From Vicinamibacterales bacterium (GTDB lineage Bacteria; Acidobacteriota; Vicinamibacteria; Vicinamibacterales; UBA8438): a stretch of DNA of 64,000 nucleotides. Positions 45,069 to 55,449 of the stretch are shown one piece after another. The notes beneath the pieces were generated by a model. That model did no database searches and was not told where the DNA came from. It worked only from the letters and a program-made list of their open reading frames with translations. Positions within the stretch are counted from its first letter, which is position 1. Every line of letters starts with the position of its first letter. The DNA lies in the NCBI GenBank assembly GCA_963663195.1, contig OY760136.1, positions 4,030,300 through 4,094,299 of the forward strand, written 5' to 3'. A program made the translations under genes and the position numbers.

Positions 45069-46277
45069 TCAGCGGTCGGGATTGACGTCCTCGGCCGCGG
45101 CATCGGACGCGCGTACCGTGCCGGTGCCTAGCCACTCGTCGGTCCGCGCCCGCATCGCGGCCAGCCCCGGCTTCCGCAGCTCGGCCGCTTCCTGCGCCGC
45201 GCGCATCGCATAGTCCTCGTCGGCGCGGGCTGCGCTCAGGATGAACGGCATGCCGTAGTTGCCCTCATGGCACCCCGACTGCAGCATCAGGAAGTCGTTG
45301 TCCAGAATCATGGGACGGAGCACGGTATACGGCTCGACGTACACGTTCGGGTCGTCGGTCGTCACTCCATACGCAATCTGGTCCGGACCCAGGCGCTCGT
45401 ACGTCTCCACGCGCCGCAGCGTCTCGCCCGAGCCCAGGAAGAACGCGAGCGGCCGCCGCGACGGCAGGACAGGGCCGCCGTCCTGCTTGTCGTTGAAGTT
45501 GGTCGTCTCGATTACGAGCCTGTCGCCTTCCCAGCGGCCGCGCGCGTTCCCGAACCAGCCGCGGATCTTGGACGACACGTGCTCGCCTGCATTGAGCGAG
45601 ATGAGCTGCGGATACTGCAGGCCGTCGGGCAGAATCACCACCCAGCCCGGGGTCTGGATGATGCGCACCGTCCCCTGGAGCCCGGTCGCCGCCTGCGGCC
45701 GCATGCAGCGCTCGTTCAGGTTGCGGTCCTCCCAGTTGTCCGCCTCGCCGCGGTGCGCGCGGGCCGCTTCGCGGGCCTCCACGCGGTCGAGCAGCTCCGG
45801 CGTGTTCGGCGGGATCTGCCCATGCGACGGCTCGACGACGAGAGACGTGCGCGTCCAGCGCAGGGGACCCGGCCGTTGCGGCTGCTCCATCCAGACGTTG
45901 TTGTATTCCTCGCCGTAGATGCCCGCCTCGATGGTGTTCTGCGTCCGGTCAACGTCGGCCTGGCTGCGCGGCCCGGCGTCGTTGTCGGCGGCGATCGCGG
46001 CCTCGTAGCGCGCCATCGCCTGCCGCTCCAGCTCGGCAATCTCCTCGTCGTTCAGGAATTCGCGGTCCCCGAACCGCGCCGGACGCTGCCGCGGGGTGCC
46101 GATTGTCTCATTAGTCCAGATCCCCTGGAGATCAGGATCGCCCCAGGGCGTTCGCGGCGCGGTCCAATCCTCTGCCTGGCTCGCCGCGGAACCTTGCACG
46201 ATGGCCGGTATGGCCGTGGCCGCAGCCACCGCCGCTACGAACGACAACGCTGCCGGAACAAGCCACCGATATCGCAT
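45069..46277 (-). CDS. Family paralogue P5
   Basis: AAGGAG lies 7 nt upstream of ATG 46277 (MRYRWLVPAALSFVAAVAAATA). Motifs are PRTPWGDPDLQGIWTN, LNERC, GRWEGDRLVIETTNF and QSGCHEGNYGM. Confidence 0.88.
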   Translation of the reverse strand: MRYRWLVPAALSFVAAVAAATAIPAIVQGSAASQAEDWTAPRTPWGDPDLQGIWTNETIGTPRQRPARFGDREFLNDEEIAELERQAMARYEAAIAADNDAGPRSQADVDRTQNTIEAGIYGEEYNNVWMEQPQRPGPLRWTRTSLVVEPSHGQIPPNTPELLDRVEAREAARAHRGEADNWEDRNLNERCMRPQAATGLQGTVRIIQTPGWVVILPDGLQYPQLISLNAGEHVSSKIRGWFGNARGRWEGDRLVIETTNFNDKQDGGPVLPSRRPLAFFLGSGETLRRVETYERLGPDQIAYGVTTDDPNVYVEPYTVLRPMILDNDFLMLQSGCHEGNYGMPFILSAARADEDYAMRAAQEAAELRKPGLAAMRARTDEWLGTGTVRASDAAAEDVNPDR

Positions 46278-46318
46278 TGGGTTTCTCCTTGTCATGGCTG
46301 TGGGTGAGCGCCGCACCA

Positions 46319-47137
46319 CTAGCTGCCCGGCTTCGCCAGGTGACCCCACATCGTCTCTTCCACGAACTCCACGCAGTTGAACTCCAGAATCTCGACGTCC
46401 GGCTCAAGGCGGCGGTAGAGCGGCATGCTGATCGTCCAGGGCCCCGTGAACACGTTCTCGTCCTCGAGCGTCGCCTCGTACTGCAGCGCGTCGGGGCTGA
46501 TGGGCGTGATCCGCTCGACGACCCTGAGTGCGGCACTGTGGTAGTTGCCCGCCCGGTCGAGCCAGGTCTGGTCGGTGAACGTATTCGACTCGATGACCAG
46601 CGTGTCGCCTTCCCAACGGCCGAGCGAGTGCCCCATGTACGTATCGATCGGCGGCGGCTCGACCGCCGTCATGTGGATCGAGCGCGTCGCCCCGATGTAC
46701 TCGGATGCGATCAGGATGAATTCGGGGGTCTGCACGATCTGGAACGGGAACGGCATGTACATGACGCGCGGGACACCCGGCAGGTAGCACTTGATCTCGG
46801 GATCCGCCGTGAGCCACTGCTCCTGGTTCTCCCGCCGCTTCTCGAGCGCCGACTCCTGGTACGGAATGTCGCCGCCCTGGACCACGGACTTGCCCGCCGG
46901 CACCGCACCGACGGCTCCGAGCGGGATCGCCGCGCCGGCCCGAGCGGAATGATCCTCCAGGTCCCAGTGCGCCGTGTTGTTGGCCTGCCAGATGCCGTTC
47001 AGGTCCGGTGCGCCGTCGAGGGTGCGCGGCAACTGCGCCTGATCGCCGCCGGCATCGTCTCCGCCCGCGCACCCGAGCGTGCCGGAAAGAGCGACGGCGG
47101 CCAGCAGGACTACCGGGGTTCCGATCAGCTTTCGCAT
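46319..47137 (-). CDS. Family paralogue P6: divergent, shorter lipoprotein subtype lacking CHEGNY
   Basis: ATG 47137 gives [23 protein letters not shown], which contains a lipobox. The motifs [31 protein letters not shown] and [29 protein letters not shown] are present, but the C-terminus is ..[12 protein letters not shown].. instead of ACHEGNY. Confidence 0.8.
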   Translation of the reverse strand: MRKLIGTPVVLLAAVALSGTLGCAGGDDAGGDQAQLPRTLDGAPDLNGIWQANNTAHWDLEDHSARAGAAIPLGAVGAVPAGKSVVQGGDIPYQESALEKRRENQEQWLTADPEIKCYLPGVPRVMYMPFPFQIVQTPEFILIASEYIGATRSIHMTAVEPPPIDTYMGHSLGRWEGDTLVIESNTFTDQTWLDRAGNYHSAALRVVERITPISPDALQYEATLEDENVFTGPWTISMPLYRRLEPDVEILEFNCVEFVEETMWGHLAKPGS

Positions 47138-47304
47138 GTGGCGTCTCCAGGCTCGTCCCACGGTTGCGTGCGCCGCGAAACGCGGCGGCGCGCAAGTGGT
47201 TTGCACCGCATTCTAATCCAGGATGCGCGCGCGGCGGCCATGTTTGCCAGCGCCGCGGACTATCAGTGAAGATACCGGGCGAGCGGCGGACCGCGGGAGG
47301 CGAC

Positions 47305-49485
47305 ATGAGCGAGCGGATCGGGATTGGCGGGCTGCAGGTCGACCGGCAGCTGTACGACTTCATCAACGACGAGGCGCTGCCCGGCACGGGATTGTCGGCG
47401 GCGGCGTTCTGGGCCGGTTTCGACCGCCTGATCCACGGACTGGCGCCGCGCAACCGCGCGCTGCTGGCCAAGCGCGACGACCTCCAGCGACGCATCGACG
47501 CGTGGTACCGCGAGATGCACGATCAGCCGATCGACCTGGACGACTACAAGGCGGTGCTGCGCGAGATCGGCTACCTGGTGCCCGAGGGCGACGACTTCAC
47601 CGCGACCACGGCCAACGTCGACGCGGAGATTTCGACCATCGCCGGGCCGCAGCTCGTGGTGCCCATCACCATCGCCCGCTATGCGCTGAATGCCGCCAAC
47701 GCCCGCTGGGGCAGCCTGTACGACGCGCTGTACGGCACGGATGCGATTCCCGAGGACGGCGGCGCCGAACGCGGCGGCGGCTACAACCCGGTGCGCGGCG
47801 CGCGGGTCATTGCCCATGCGCGGCAGTTCCTTGACGACGTCGTGCCGCTGGCCGCCGGCAGCCACGCCGATGCGGCGTCGTACGCCGTCGCCGGGGGCGC
47901 CCTCGCCGTGATGCTCGGCGACGGCAGCGCCCGCGGGCTGGCCGATCCGTCGCAGCTGGCGGGATACCGCGGTGCGCCGGATGCGCCGTCGTCCATCCTG
48001 ATGGTGAACAACGGACTCCATATCGACATCGTCATCGACCGTGGCCACCCGGTCGGCCGCGACGACGACGCCGGCATCAGGGACATCGTGCTGGAGGCAG
48101 CCACGACGACCATCATGGACCTCGAGGACTCGGTGTCCACCGTCGACGCCGAGGACAAGGTGCACGCGTACCGCAACTGGCTCGGGTTGATCAAGGGCGA
48201 CCTCACCGAGAGCTTCGAGAAGGGCGGCCGCACGGTCGAGCGCGTGATGAACGGCGAGCGGGCGTACACCGCGCCGGACGGCGGCGAGTTGCGGCTGCCG
48301 GGCATCAGCCTGATGCTGATCCGCAACGTCGGCCACCTGATGACCAATCCGGCGATTCTCGACAGGGACGGCCGCGAGGCGCCCGAGGGCATTCTCGACG
48401 CCATGATCTCCTCGATGATCGCCATGCACGACCTGCAGGGCCGCCGCAACAGCCGCGCCGGATCCATCTACATCGTGAAGCCGAAGATGCACGGTCCGGA
48501 GGAGGTCGCGTTCACCGACCAGTTGCTGGGGCAGGTCGAGGACGCACTGGGGCTCGACCGCTACACGATCAAGATCGGCATCATGGACGAGGAGCGCCGC
48601 ACGACGGTCAACCTGAAGCCGTGCATCCGCGCCGCGCGGGACCGCGTCTTCTTCATCAACACCGGCTTTCTCGACCGCACGGGCGACGAGATGCACACCG
48701 CCATGGAAGCCGGCCCGATGATCCGCAAGAAGGACATGAAGACCGCCGACTGGATGGTGACCTACGAAGACTGGAACGTCGACGTCGGGCTGGCGTGCGG
48801 GCTGCCGGGCCACGCCCAGATCGGCAAGGGCATGTGGGCCATGCCCGACCTGATGGCCGACATGTTGAAGGTCAAGATCGGCCACCCGCAGCAGGGCGCA
48901 AACACCGCCTGGGTACCCTCGCCCACGGCCGCCACGCTGCACGCGACCCACTATCACCGGGTCGATGTCGCGGAGCGGCAGGCCGCCCTGCGCTCGCGGC
49001 CGGTCGCCGACCTCGACAAGATCCTGACGATTCCGCGCGCCGAGCGGCCCGACTGGTCCCCGGAAGAGGTCCAGCAGGAGCTGGACAACAATGCCCAGGG
49101 CATCCTGGGCTACGTCGTGCGCTGGATCGATCAGGGCATCGGCTGCTCCAAAGTGCCGGACATCAACAACATCGCGCTCATGGAGGACCGCGCCACGCTG
49201 CGCATCTCCAGCCAGCACATCGCCAACTGGCTGCACCACGGCATCTGCACGGAGGCCCAGGTGCGCGAGACGCTGCAGCGCATGGCGGCGGTCGTCGACG
49301 GGCAGAACGCGGGCGATCCGAACTACCGGCCGATGGCGCCCGACTTCGGCGCCAGCGTCGCCTTCCAGGCGGCCTGCGACCTGGTATTCAACGGCCGCGA
49401 GCAGCCGAGCGGCTACACCGAGCCCATCCTCCACGCGCGGCGGCAGGAGGCGAAGGCGAAGTACGGCAGCCGGCCGTCAGCATAG
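47305..49485 (+). CDS. glcB: Malate synthase G
   Basis: GGGAGG lies upstream of ATG 47305, inside ORF 47008..49485. The 726-aa product is collinear with GlcB, including ..[16 protein letters not shown].., ..[13 protein letters not shown].. and ..[15 protein letters not shown].. Confidence 0.93.
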   Translation: MSERIGIGGLQVDRQLYDFINDEALPGTGLSAAAFWAGFDRLIHGLAPRNRALLAKRDDLQRRIDAWYREMHDQPIDLDDYKAVLREIGYLVPEGDDFTATTANVDAEISTIAGPQLVVPITIARYALNAANARWGSLYDALYGTDAIPEDGGAERGGGYNPVRGARVIAHARQFLDDVVPLAAGSHADAASYAVAGGALAVMLGDGSARGLADPSQLAGYRGAPDAPSSILMVNNGLHIDIVIDRGHPVGRDDDAGIRDIVLEAATTTIMDLEDSVSTVDAEDKVHAYRNWLGLIKGDLTESFEKGGRTVERVMNGERAYTAPDGGELRLPGISLMLIRNVGHLMTNPAILDRDGREAPEGILDAMISSMIAMHDLQGRRNSRAGSIYIVKPKMHGPEEVAFTDQLLGQVEDALGLDRYTIKIGIMDEERRTTVNLKPCIRAARDRVFFINTGFLDRTGDEMHTAMEAGPMIRKKDMKTADWMVTYEDWNVDVGLACGLPGHAQIGKGMWAMPDLMADMLKVKIGHPQQGANTAWVPSPTAATLHATHYHRVDVAERQAALRSRPVADLDKILTIPRAERPDWSPEEVQQELDNNAQGILGYVVRWIDQGIGCSKVPDINNIALMEDRATLRISSQHIANWLHHGICTEAQVRETLQRMAAVVDGQNAGDPNYRPMAPDFGASVAFQAACDLVFNGREQPSGYTEPILHARRQEAKAKYGSRPSA

Positions 49486-49500
49486 TCGCCCGGGGGCCGC

Positions 49501-50478
49501 ATGCTCGGACCCTACGTCCACCGCATCGATCCCGTCCTGTTCGACGCCGGCGGGGTCCATTTCTGGTGGTACGGGCTGGGCTTTGCGCTGGGCCTGCTGG
49601 AGCTGCACCTCTTCGCGAGCCGCGACCGGCGCCGGCTGCACCTGTCGCGCCGGGAAGTCTGGAGCCTGAGCCTCTTCATCGGCATCGGCATCCTCGCGGG
49701 CGGGCGGGCCGTCGAGATCGCGTTCGACGAATGGCCGTTCTACCGCGAGCACCTGCGGCTGATTCCCGCGTTCTGGCTCGGCGGCATGGCGACCCACGGC
49801 CTGTTGCTCGGCGGTCTCGCCGGCGCGGCCGCATTTGCGATCCGCTACCGCAAGCCGCTGCTGCCGCTGGCCGACGCCCTGGTCATTCCGGCCGCGTTCC
49901 TGCTCGGCATGGGACGGATCGGCAACTTCATCGACGGGCAGATCGTCGGCGCAGCGACGGACGTCTGGTGGGGCGTGAAGTTCCCGGACGCGGAGGGATT
50001 CCGCCATCCCGTCGTGTTGTACGACGGCGCCAAGAACCTGCTGCTCATGGCGTATCTCCTGCATGTGCGGCGGACGAGCACGACACCCGGCGCCGTCGCG
50101 GCCCGCTTCGTCTTCTGGTACGCCTTCCCGCGCTTCTTCATCGACCTGTTCCGGGACTACCCCACGCACCGGCTCGCACTGGGCACGGGGCAGACCCTCA
50201 ACATCGTGATGGCGATGGTCGGCGCCGCGCTGCTCTACCGCTCGCGCCTGCGCAGGTTGGGACGCCTGCGGCATGGCGGAGTCCGCGTCCCGCCGCCCGG
50301 CGTACCCCGCGACGCGCCGCCCCTGGCCGCGCAACGGCTGGCGTTTGCCGTCCTGCTGGCATGCTGCCTGACGATTCCGAGCAACTGGACGCAGGACATC
50401 CCGGCGCGCTACGGGGACCGGCATGCCGGCCTGGAACACTCCTGGTTGTATCCGGAAATCGATACGGCGCCGCCCTAG
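49501..50478 (+). CDS. lgt: Prolipoprotein diacylglyceryl transferase
   Basis: Motifs ..FWWYGLGFALG.., ..GRIGNFIDGQIVG.. and ..RHPVVLYDGAKN.. are present, with a C-terminal extension. Confidence 0.85.
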   Translation: MLGPYVHRIDPVLFDAGGVHFWWYGLGFALGLLELHLFASRDRRRLHLSRREVWSLSLFIGIGILAGGRAVEIAFDEWPFYREHLRLIPAFWLGGMATHGLLLGGLAGAAAFAIRYRKPLLPLADALVIPAAFLLGMGRIGNFIDGQIVGAATDVWWGVKFPDAEGFRHPVVLYDGAKNLLLMAYLLHVRRTSTTPGAVAARFVFWYAFPRFFIDLFRDYPTHRLALGTGQTLNIVMAMVGAALLYRSRLRRLGRLRHGGVRVPPPGVPRDAPPLAAQRLAFAVLLACCLTIPSNWTQDIPARYGDRHAGLEHSWLYPEIDTAPP

Positions 50479-51452
50479 CGGGAACGTTCCTTGTTGCGGG
50501 CGCCGCGCAGCATGTTCTCCATCGAGTAGTTGCCCTCGTGACAGGCGTACTCGTAGATCGGCCCCTCCATGGCGGTCATCGGAATGACCGCGGTCCACGG
50601 GGCGGCGAACGTCGCCGGGTCGGTCACCGTGAAGCGGTAGTCGAGCGTGTCGGCGTCGATGCGCCGGAACCGTTCGACGAGCCGCATCGTGCGGCTGGCG
50701 CCGAAGACGGTGTTGGACACCCGCCGCTCGTACACCTTGTCGGTGAAGTTGGCGGTCTCCACCACCAGCGTGTCGTCTTCCCAGCGCGCCCGCGAATCGC
50801 CCATCCACTGGCGGATGGATGCGTCCAGATGCGGGCGTCCGTCGAGCGGGATGACGCGGGCGTCGTGGATCATCTCGGCGTAGATCACGACGTAGTCCGG
50901 CGTCTGCAGGATCTGGTAGTTGTGGTTGTAGAAGCCCGGCATCATGGACGCGGGCAGGCCGCGCGTGATGCAGCGTTCGAACACGCTCGGCTCGTCCCAG
51001 TGCGTGGGATAGGACGGCGAGGCGCGGGCCGCAACCAGATCGTCCGCACGTTTCTGCGCGGCGGGCGTCACCGTAGGTAACCGGCCGTCCGGCGGATCGA
51101 TGATCAACGACGTCTGCAGGGTGCGCGTGCCCTGCTCCAGCCAGAAGCTGTTGTAGGAGCCGGTGCTGGTGGGCGGCGGGGCCGTCTGCAGCACGACCAG
51201 CTCCGTGGCGCAGGCGCGCTGCTCGGTAAGCGCGCGTTGCGCGTCCAGCTCGGCCCGCTCTTCCTCGGTGAAGCTGCCGCGCGACGCCAGCTCGGCCGGC
51301 CGCTGCAGCGGCGTCGTCGTCGCGTTCGTCCAGGCGCCCTGCAGATCCGGATCGCCCCAAGGTGTCACGTGCGATTGCGCGCCAGCCGGCGCGGCCGGCC
51401 ATGCCACCAGTCCGAGCGCGAGCATCGCCGCGGCAAAACGCCCACTGCCCAT
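50475..51452 (-). CDS. Family paralogue P7
   Basis: GGAGG lies 5 nt upstream of ATG 51452 (MGSGRFAAAMLALGLVAWPAAPAGA). Motifs are HVTPWGDPDLQGAWTN, TPLQRP, SLIIDPPDGRLP, FERC, IHDARVIPLDGRPHL, ARWEDDTLVVETANF and YEYACHEGNYSM. Confidence 0.9.
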   Translation of the reverse strand: MGSGRFAAAMLALGLVAWPAAPAGAQSHVTPWGDPDLQGAWTNATTTPLQRPAELASRGSFTEEERAELDAQRALTEQRACATELVVLQTAPPPTSTGSYNSFWLEQGTRTLQTSLIIDPPDGRLPTVTPAAQKRADDLVAARASPSYPTHWDEPSVFERCITRGLPASMMPGFYNHNYQILQTPDYVVIYAEMIHDARVIPLDGRPHLDASIRQWMGDSRARWEDDTLVVETANFTDKVYERRVSNTVFGASRTMRLVERFRRIDADTLDYRFTVTDPATFAAPWTAVIPMTAMEGPIYEYACHEGNYSMENMLRGARNKERSR

Positions 51453-51475
51453 CTCAACCTCCAACATCTCTACTC

Positions 51476-51496
51476 GGGGCTGCGCCCCGAATCCCC
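51476..51496. repeat. Solo copy of the repeat core hairpin (GGGGCTGCGCCCCGAATCCCC)
   Basis: Lies between the DinB gene stop (51522) and the P7 start (51452). It has the same GGGGC-TGC-GCCCC hairpin and C-rich tail as the other copies. Confidence 0.7.
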
Positions 51497-51521
51497 GGCC
51501 GCACTGCGCTTCGCTCGGCCG

Positions 51522-52037
51522 TCAGGAGCCGGACGGATTCTCGTCGGCCGACGGGCCGTAGATCGACGGCACCGGAATGTCGTTGAGGCGCAGGTACACG
51601 CCGAGCTGCGCCCGGTGGTGGATCAGGTGGTTGAAGACGAAGCTGCGCAGCACCGCCAGGCGCGGCAACGTCATCATCACCTGCCCGTTCTGGAGCAGCG
51701 ACCACGGCTGCATGAGCTCCTCGTCGCTGGCGCCGGCAATTGCCGCGCGCGCCTCGGCCGCGTGCCGGTCTAGCGTCGCCACCAGCTCCGCGCTGCTGCC
51801 GGGCTGCGGCGCCGGATCCATCGGCTTGCCGCCCGGTGCGAGATCCAGCGAGTCGCGGCCAATCGTCAGCACGGTCCACGACGGCACGTTGGCCAGATGC
51901 CCGGCGAGCCAGCCCATCGTGCCGGACTTCGCGTGCGGCGACCACTCCAGACGGTCGTCCGGCACGCGCTCCAGCGTCTTCCGGGCGCCCGCCATCTCCT
52001 GATCGAATTCCTGCAGCAGCATGTCGCTGATAGCCAT
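51522..52037 (-). CDS. DinB-superfamily protein
   Basis: 171 aa: ..RLEWSPHAKSGTMGWLAGHLA.. and ..FVFNHLIHHRAQLGVYLR.., the characteristic His triad helices. Confidence 0.8.
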   Translation of the reverse strand: MAISDMLLQEFDQEMAGARKTLERVPDDRLEWSPHAKSGTMGWLAGHLANVPSWTVLTIGRDSLDLAPGGKPMDPAPQPGSSAELVATLDRHAAEARAAIAGASDEELMQPWSLLQNGQVMMTLPRLAVLRSFVFNHLIHHRAQLGVYLRLNDIPVPSIYGPSADENPSGS

Positions 52038-52138
52038 CGTCTCGCTCCTAGGTCTCGCCCCGGCGGTGCTCCCCGCGCACCACCGATGTCGAGCGTACAG
52101 GCGTGAGCGGCATCGTGTAAACTGACGGGTCTCCCTTT

Positions 52139-54475
52139 ATGCCGCAACTGCGTTTCCTGTGTGCAGCTTTCGTTCTGGCAGCCGCACTGGCCCTGGGCTC
52201 CGGCCCGGCGTACGCCCAGCAATCGCCGGGCGGTACCGGCGGCGGCGTGCTCAGCGGCGCGAATGCCGCAACCGATTCCCGCGCCCGCGCCAGCCGCGTG
52301 CCGCGCGCGCCCGTCGTCGACGGCGACGTGCTGGGCGATACCGCCTACGAGGACGCGCCGGTGGCCACCGGCTTCAGCCAGAACCGGCCGGACGAAGGCC
52401 GGCCGGCGTCGGATCGCACGGAAGTGCGCATCGTGTACACCGACGACACGCTGTACTTCGGCGTCGTGTGCTACACCCGCGATCCCGACACCATCATCGT
52501 CGCCGACAGCCGCCGCGACTCGCAGTTGAACGACACGGACAGCTTCCAGATCATCCTGGACACGTTCCTGGACCAGCAGAACGGCTTCGTATTCGGCACC
52601 AATCCGGCCGGCATCGAGTACGACGGGCAGGTATCGAACGAAGGCCAGGGCAGCGGACGCATGGGCGGCGGGGGTAGCGGCGGCGGGAGCCAGCAGCAGC
52701 GCGGCTCGGGCGGCGGCTTCAACGTCAACTGGGACGGCGCGTGGCAGGTCGAGGCGCAGGTTACGGAGATTGGGTGGACAGCGGAGTTCGCCATCCCGTT
52801 CCGCACGCTGCGCTATCCGGGTGGCTCCTCCCAGACGTGGGGCGTCAACTTCCAGCGCAACATCCGGCACCGCAACGAGCGCTCGTTCTGGGCGCCGCTG
52901 CCGCGCCAGTTCAACCTGAACCGGCTGTCGCTCGCGGGCGTGCTGCAGGGCCTCGAGGTGCCCAGCCAGGGCAACCTCAAGCTGACGCCCTACGTGCTGG
53001 GCGAGGCGGTCCGCTCGGCCACCCGGTCGGAGACCATCAACACCGGCAACTTCGGCGCAGACCTGAAGTACAGCCTCACCCCCGGCATGACGCTCGACGT
53101 GACCTACAACACCGACTTTGCGCAGGTCGAGGTGGACGAGCAGCAGATCAACCTGGACCGCTTCAACCTGTTCTTCCCCGAGAAACGCCCGTTCTTCCTC
53201 GAGAATGCCGGCCTGTTCTCGGTGGGCCGGCCGGGGCAGGTAGAGGTGTTCTTCAGCCGGCGGATCGGCATCGGCGAAGAGGGCCAGCAGGTGCCGATAA
53301 TCGGCGGCGGGCGCCTATCGGGCAAGGTCGGCGACAATACGAATGTCGGCTTCCTGAACATGCAGACGGCCGCGCAGGGCGACAATGTCCTCGGCCAGAA
53401 CTTCACGGTGGCCCGCATCCGCCAGGACCTGCCCAGCCGCTCGAACATCGGCGCCATCATCGTAAACCGGCAGAGCACCGGCAGCCTGGCCGGCGATGCG
53501 GGTCACACCGGTACGGGTCTGGCGAACCACAACCGCACGTACGCCGTCGACGGCCGCTTCGGCCTCGGCCAGTCGCTGACCGTCAGCGGCTTCTTCGCGG
53601 ATACCTCGACCCCCGGCCATATAGGCACCGAGACCCACGCCGGGTACGTGTCGAGCGACTTCGAGACCCAGAACGTGCGCCTCGGGCTGCGCTATACCGA
53701 GGTCGGGTCGGACTTCAATCCCGAGGTCGGGTTCTACCAGCGGCGGGGCTACCGGCGGGCGGAAGCCACCGTGTTCACGTTCTTCCGGCCGGACAACTTC
53801 ATCGGCATCCACGAGCTGCGCCCGCACGTGAATCACTACACGGTCTGGAACATCCAGACCGGGCTGCACGAGACGCAGTACACCCACATGGACAACCATT
53901 GGGAATGGGAAGGCGGCCACGAAGCCCATACGGGCATCAACCTCACCCGGGAGGGCCTGTTCGTGCCGTTCGAGATCTTCCCCGGTGTGACGGTGCCGAT
54001 CGGCGTCTACGACCACACCGAGTCGCAGCTCACCTTCAACACCAACCGCGGCGCGCCGGTCAGCGCGGCGATCAGGAGCACCATCGGCGGGCTCTTCGGC
54101 GGCAAGCGGATACGGGAGGTATTCGACCTGACGGTACGGTTCGGGGAGACGTTCAACGCCCAACTCGTCTGGGACTGGAACGACATCAACCTGCCGGGCG
54201 GCCACTTCACCACCAACCTGTCCAGCCTGCGCCTGTCGTACTCGTTCACGACGCGCCTGTTCCTGCAGGCGCTGGTGCAGTACAACGACCGCGCCGACCT
54301 GTGGTCGTCGAACGTCCGGTTCGGCCTGTTGTCGGACGCCAACACGGGGCTGTTCATCGTCTACAACGACATCCAGGGGCTGGCAACGCTCGACCCGCAC
54401 CTGGACATCGACCGTTCCGTGTTCGGCCGCACGCTGACCATCAAGTACAGCCAGCTGTTCGACCTGCTGAACTGA
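52139..54475 (+). CDS. DUF5916 / CBM9-like outer-membrane protein, paralogue 2
   Basis: Signal peptide, then VVDGDVLGDTAYEDAPVATGFSQNRP, GWTAEFAIPFRTLRY and DFAQVEVDEQQINLDRFNLFFPEKRPFF. The product is collinear with the 32173..34539 product. Confidence 0.8.
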   Translation: MPQLRFLCAAFVLAAALALGSGPAYAQQSPGGTGGGVLSGANAATDSRARASRVPRAPVVDGDVLGDTAYEDAPVATGFSQNRPDEGRPASDRTEVRIVYTDDTLYFGVVCYTRDPDTIIVADSRRDSQLNDTDSFQIILDTFLDQQNGFVFGTNPAGIEYDGQVSNEGQGSGRMGGGGSGGGSQQQRGSGGGFNVNWDGAWQVEAQVTEIGWTAEFAIPFRTLRYPGGSSQTWGVNFQRNIRHRNERSFWAPLPRQFNLNRLSLAGVLQGLEVPSQGNLKLTPYVLGEAVRSATRSETINTGNFGADLKYSLTPGMTLDVTYNTDFAQVEVDEQQINLDRFNLFFPEKRPFFLENAGLFSVGRPGQVEVFFSRRIGIGEEGQQVPIIGGGRLSGKVGDNTNVGFLNMQTAAQGDNVLGQNFTVARIRQDLPSRSNIGAIIVNRQSTGSLAGDAGHTGTGLANHNRTYAVDGRFGLGQSLTVSGFFADTSTPGHIGTETHAGYVSSDFETQNVRLGLRYTEVGSDFNPEVGFYQRRGYRRAEATVFTFFRPDNFIGIHELRPHVNHYTVWNIQTGLHETQYTHMDNHWEWEGGHEAHTGINLTREGLFVPFEIFPGVTVPIGVYDHTESQLTFNTNRGAPVSAAIRSTIGGLFGGKRIREVFDLTVRFGETFNAQLVWDWNDINLPGGHFTTNLSSLRLSYSFTTRLFLQALVQYNDRADLWSSNVRFGLLSDANTGLFIVYNDIQGLATLDPHLDIDRSVFGRTLTIKYSQLFDLLN

Positions 54476-54556
54476 CCCGCGCCTTGACCGGGCGTACGGA
54501 TTCGGAGTACTGAAAGCGGCACTACCCGGACGCACCATCCAGGAAACGAGGAATCC

Positions 54557-55414
54557 ATGACTGGCATGAGACGAGGAACACCGACCGTCGCGCGGCGCGC
54601 GGCATGGGCGATGGGCATCGGTGCGCTGCTATGTGCTGCGTGCACGGCCGGACCCGAAGCGCAGAGCTCTGACGGCCGGCTGAACAAGATCATCGAACAG
54701 TTCGAGAGCGGCGAGAACGCGCTGGCCAACGAGCACTGGCGAATCGTCTCGCTGGAGCACAATCCGTTCCTGGTCGACGACCTGGAGTCTTTCCTCGGCG
54801 AGATCGAGCCCGAGAGCGGGATGCGGCCGAGCCTTACGCCGATCGTCCGCATCCCGCACGAGGCCGACCAGGAATACCACCACGTGGTGAAGCAGATCCT
54901 GGACGCCGGGGCAATGGGCATCGTGCTGCCGCAGGTACGCACCACGGCCGAGGTGACCAAGCTCGTGCAAGCCATGCGCTATCCGCCGCAACGCGGCGCG
55001 GCGCACCCGGAGCCGCGCGGCCGGCGCGGTTGGGGACCGACTGGCGCCCGGCGGATCTGGGGCGGTTTGTCGAACGACGAGTACGCCGCCAGGGCCGACG
55101 TCTGGCCGCTCAATCCGGACGGCGAGCTGATTGCGATCGCCATGGTTGAAACGCGCGAAATGGTCAATGACATCGACGCTATCCTCCAGGTGCCGGGACT
55201 CGGCGGCGTGCTGATCGGCCCGTCCGACCTCAGCCTGTCGCTCGGCGTCGGCACGCCGGGGGCGAATCCGACCGCGCCGGAGGTGGAAGCAGCCATCCTG
55301 AAGGTGGGCGAGGCGTGCGTGCGGCACAACTCACTGTGCGGCATCTACACGAGCTCGGACGTGGAAGCGCGCAGCGCGCAGGGCTTCAAGCTGTTTCCCA
55401 TCCCGGCCCGCTAG
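54557..55414 (+). CDS. HpcH/HpaI-family aldolase-like protein with an N-terminal signal-like segment
   Basis: GAGGAA lies upstream of ATG. After AAWAMGIGALLCAACTAG come ..PIVRIPH.., ..GAMGIVLPQVRTTAE.., ..IAMVETREMV.. and ..LIGPSDLSLSLG.., the HpcH_HpaI pattern. Confidence 0.75.
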   Translation: MTGMRRGTPTVARRAAWAMGIGALLCAACTAGPEAQSSDGRLNKIIEQFESGENALANEHWRIVSLEHNPFLVDDLESFLGEIEPESGMRPSLTPIVRIPHEADQEYHHVVKQILDAGAMGIVLPQVRTTAEVTKLVQAMRYPPQRGAAHPEPRGRRGWGPTGARRIWGGLSNDEYAARADVWPLNPDGELIAIAMVETREMVNDIDAILQVPGLGGVLIGPSDLSLSLGVGTPGANPTAPEVEAAILKVGEACVRHNSLCGIYTSSDVEARSAQGFKLFPIPAR

Positions 55415-55420
55415 CAACCC

Positions 55421-55445
55421 GGGGGTTCGGGGCGCAGCCCCATCC
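55421..55445. repeat. Solo copy of the repeat core hairpin (inverted orientation)
   Basis: GGGGGTTCGGGGCGCAGCCCCATCC is the reverse complement of GGATGGGGCTGCGCCCCGAACCCCC. It lies between the aldolase stop and the next start codon. Confidence 0.7.
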
Positions 55446-55449
55446 AGGA

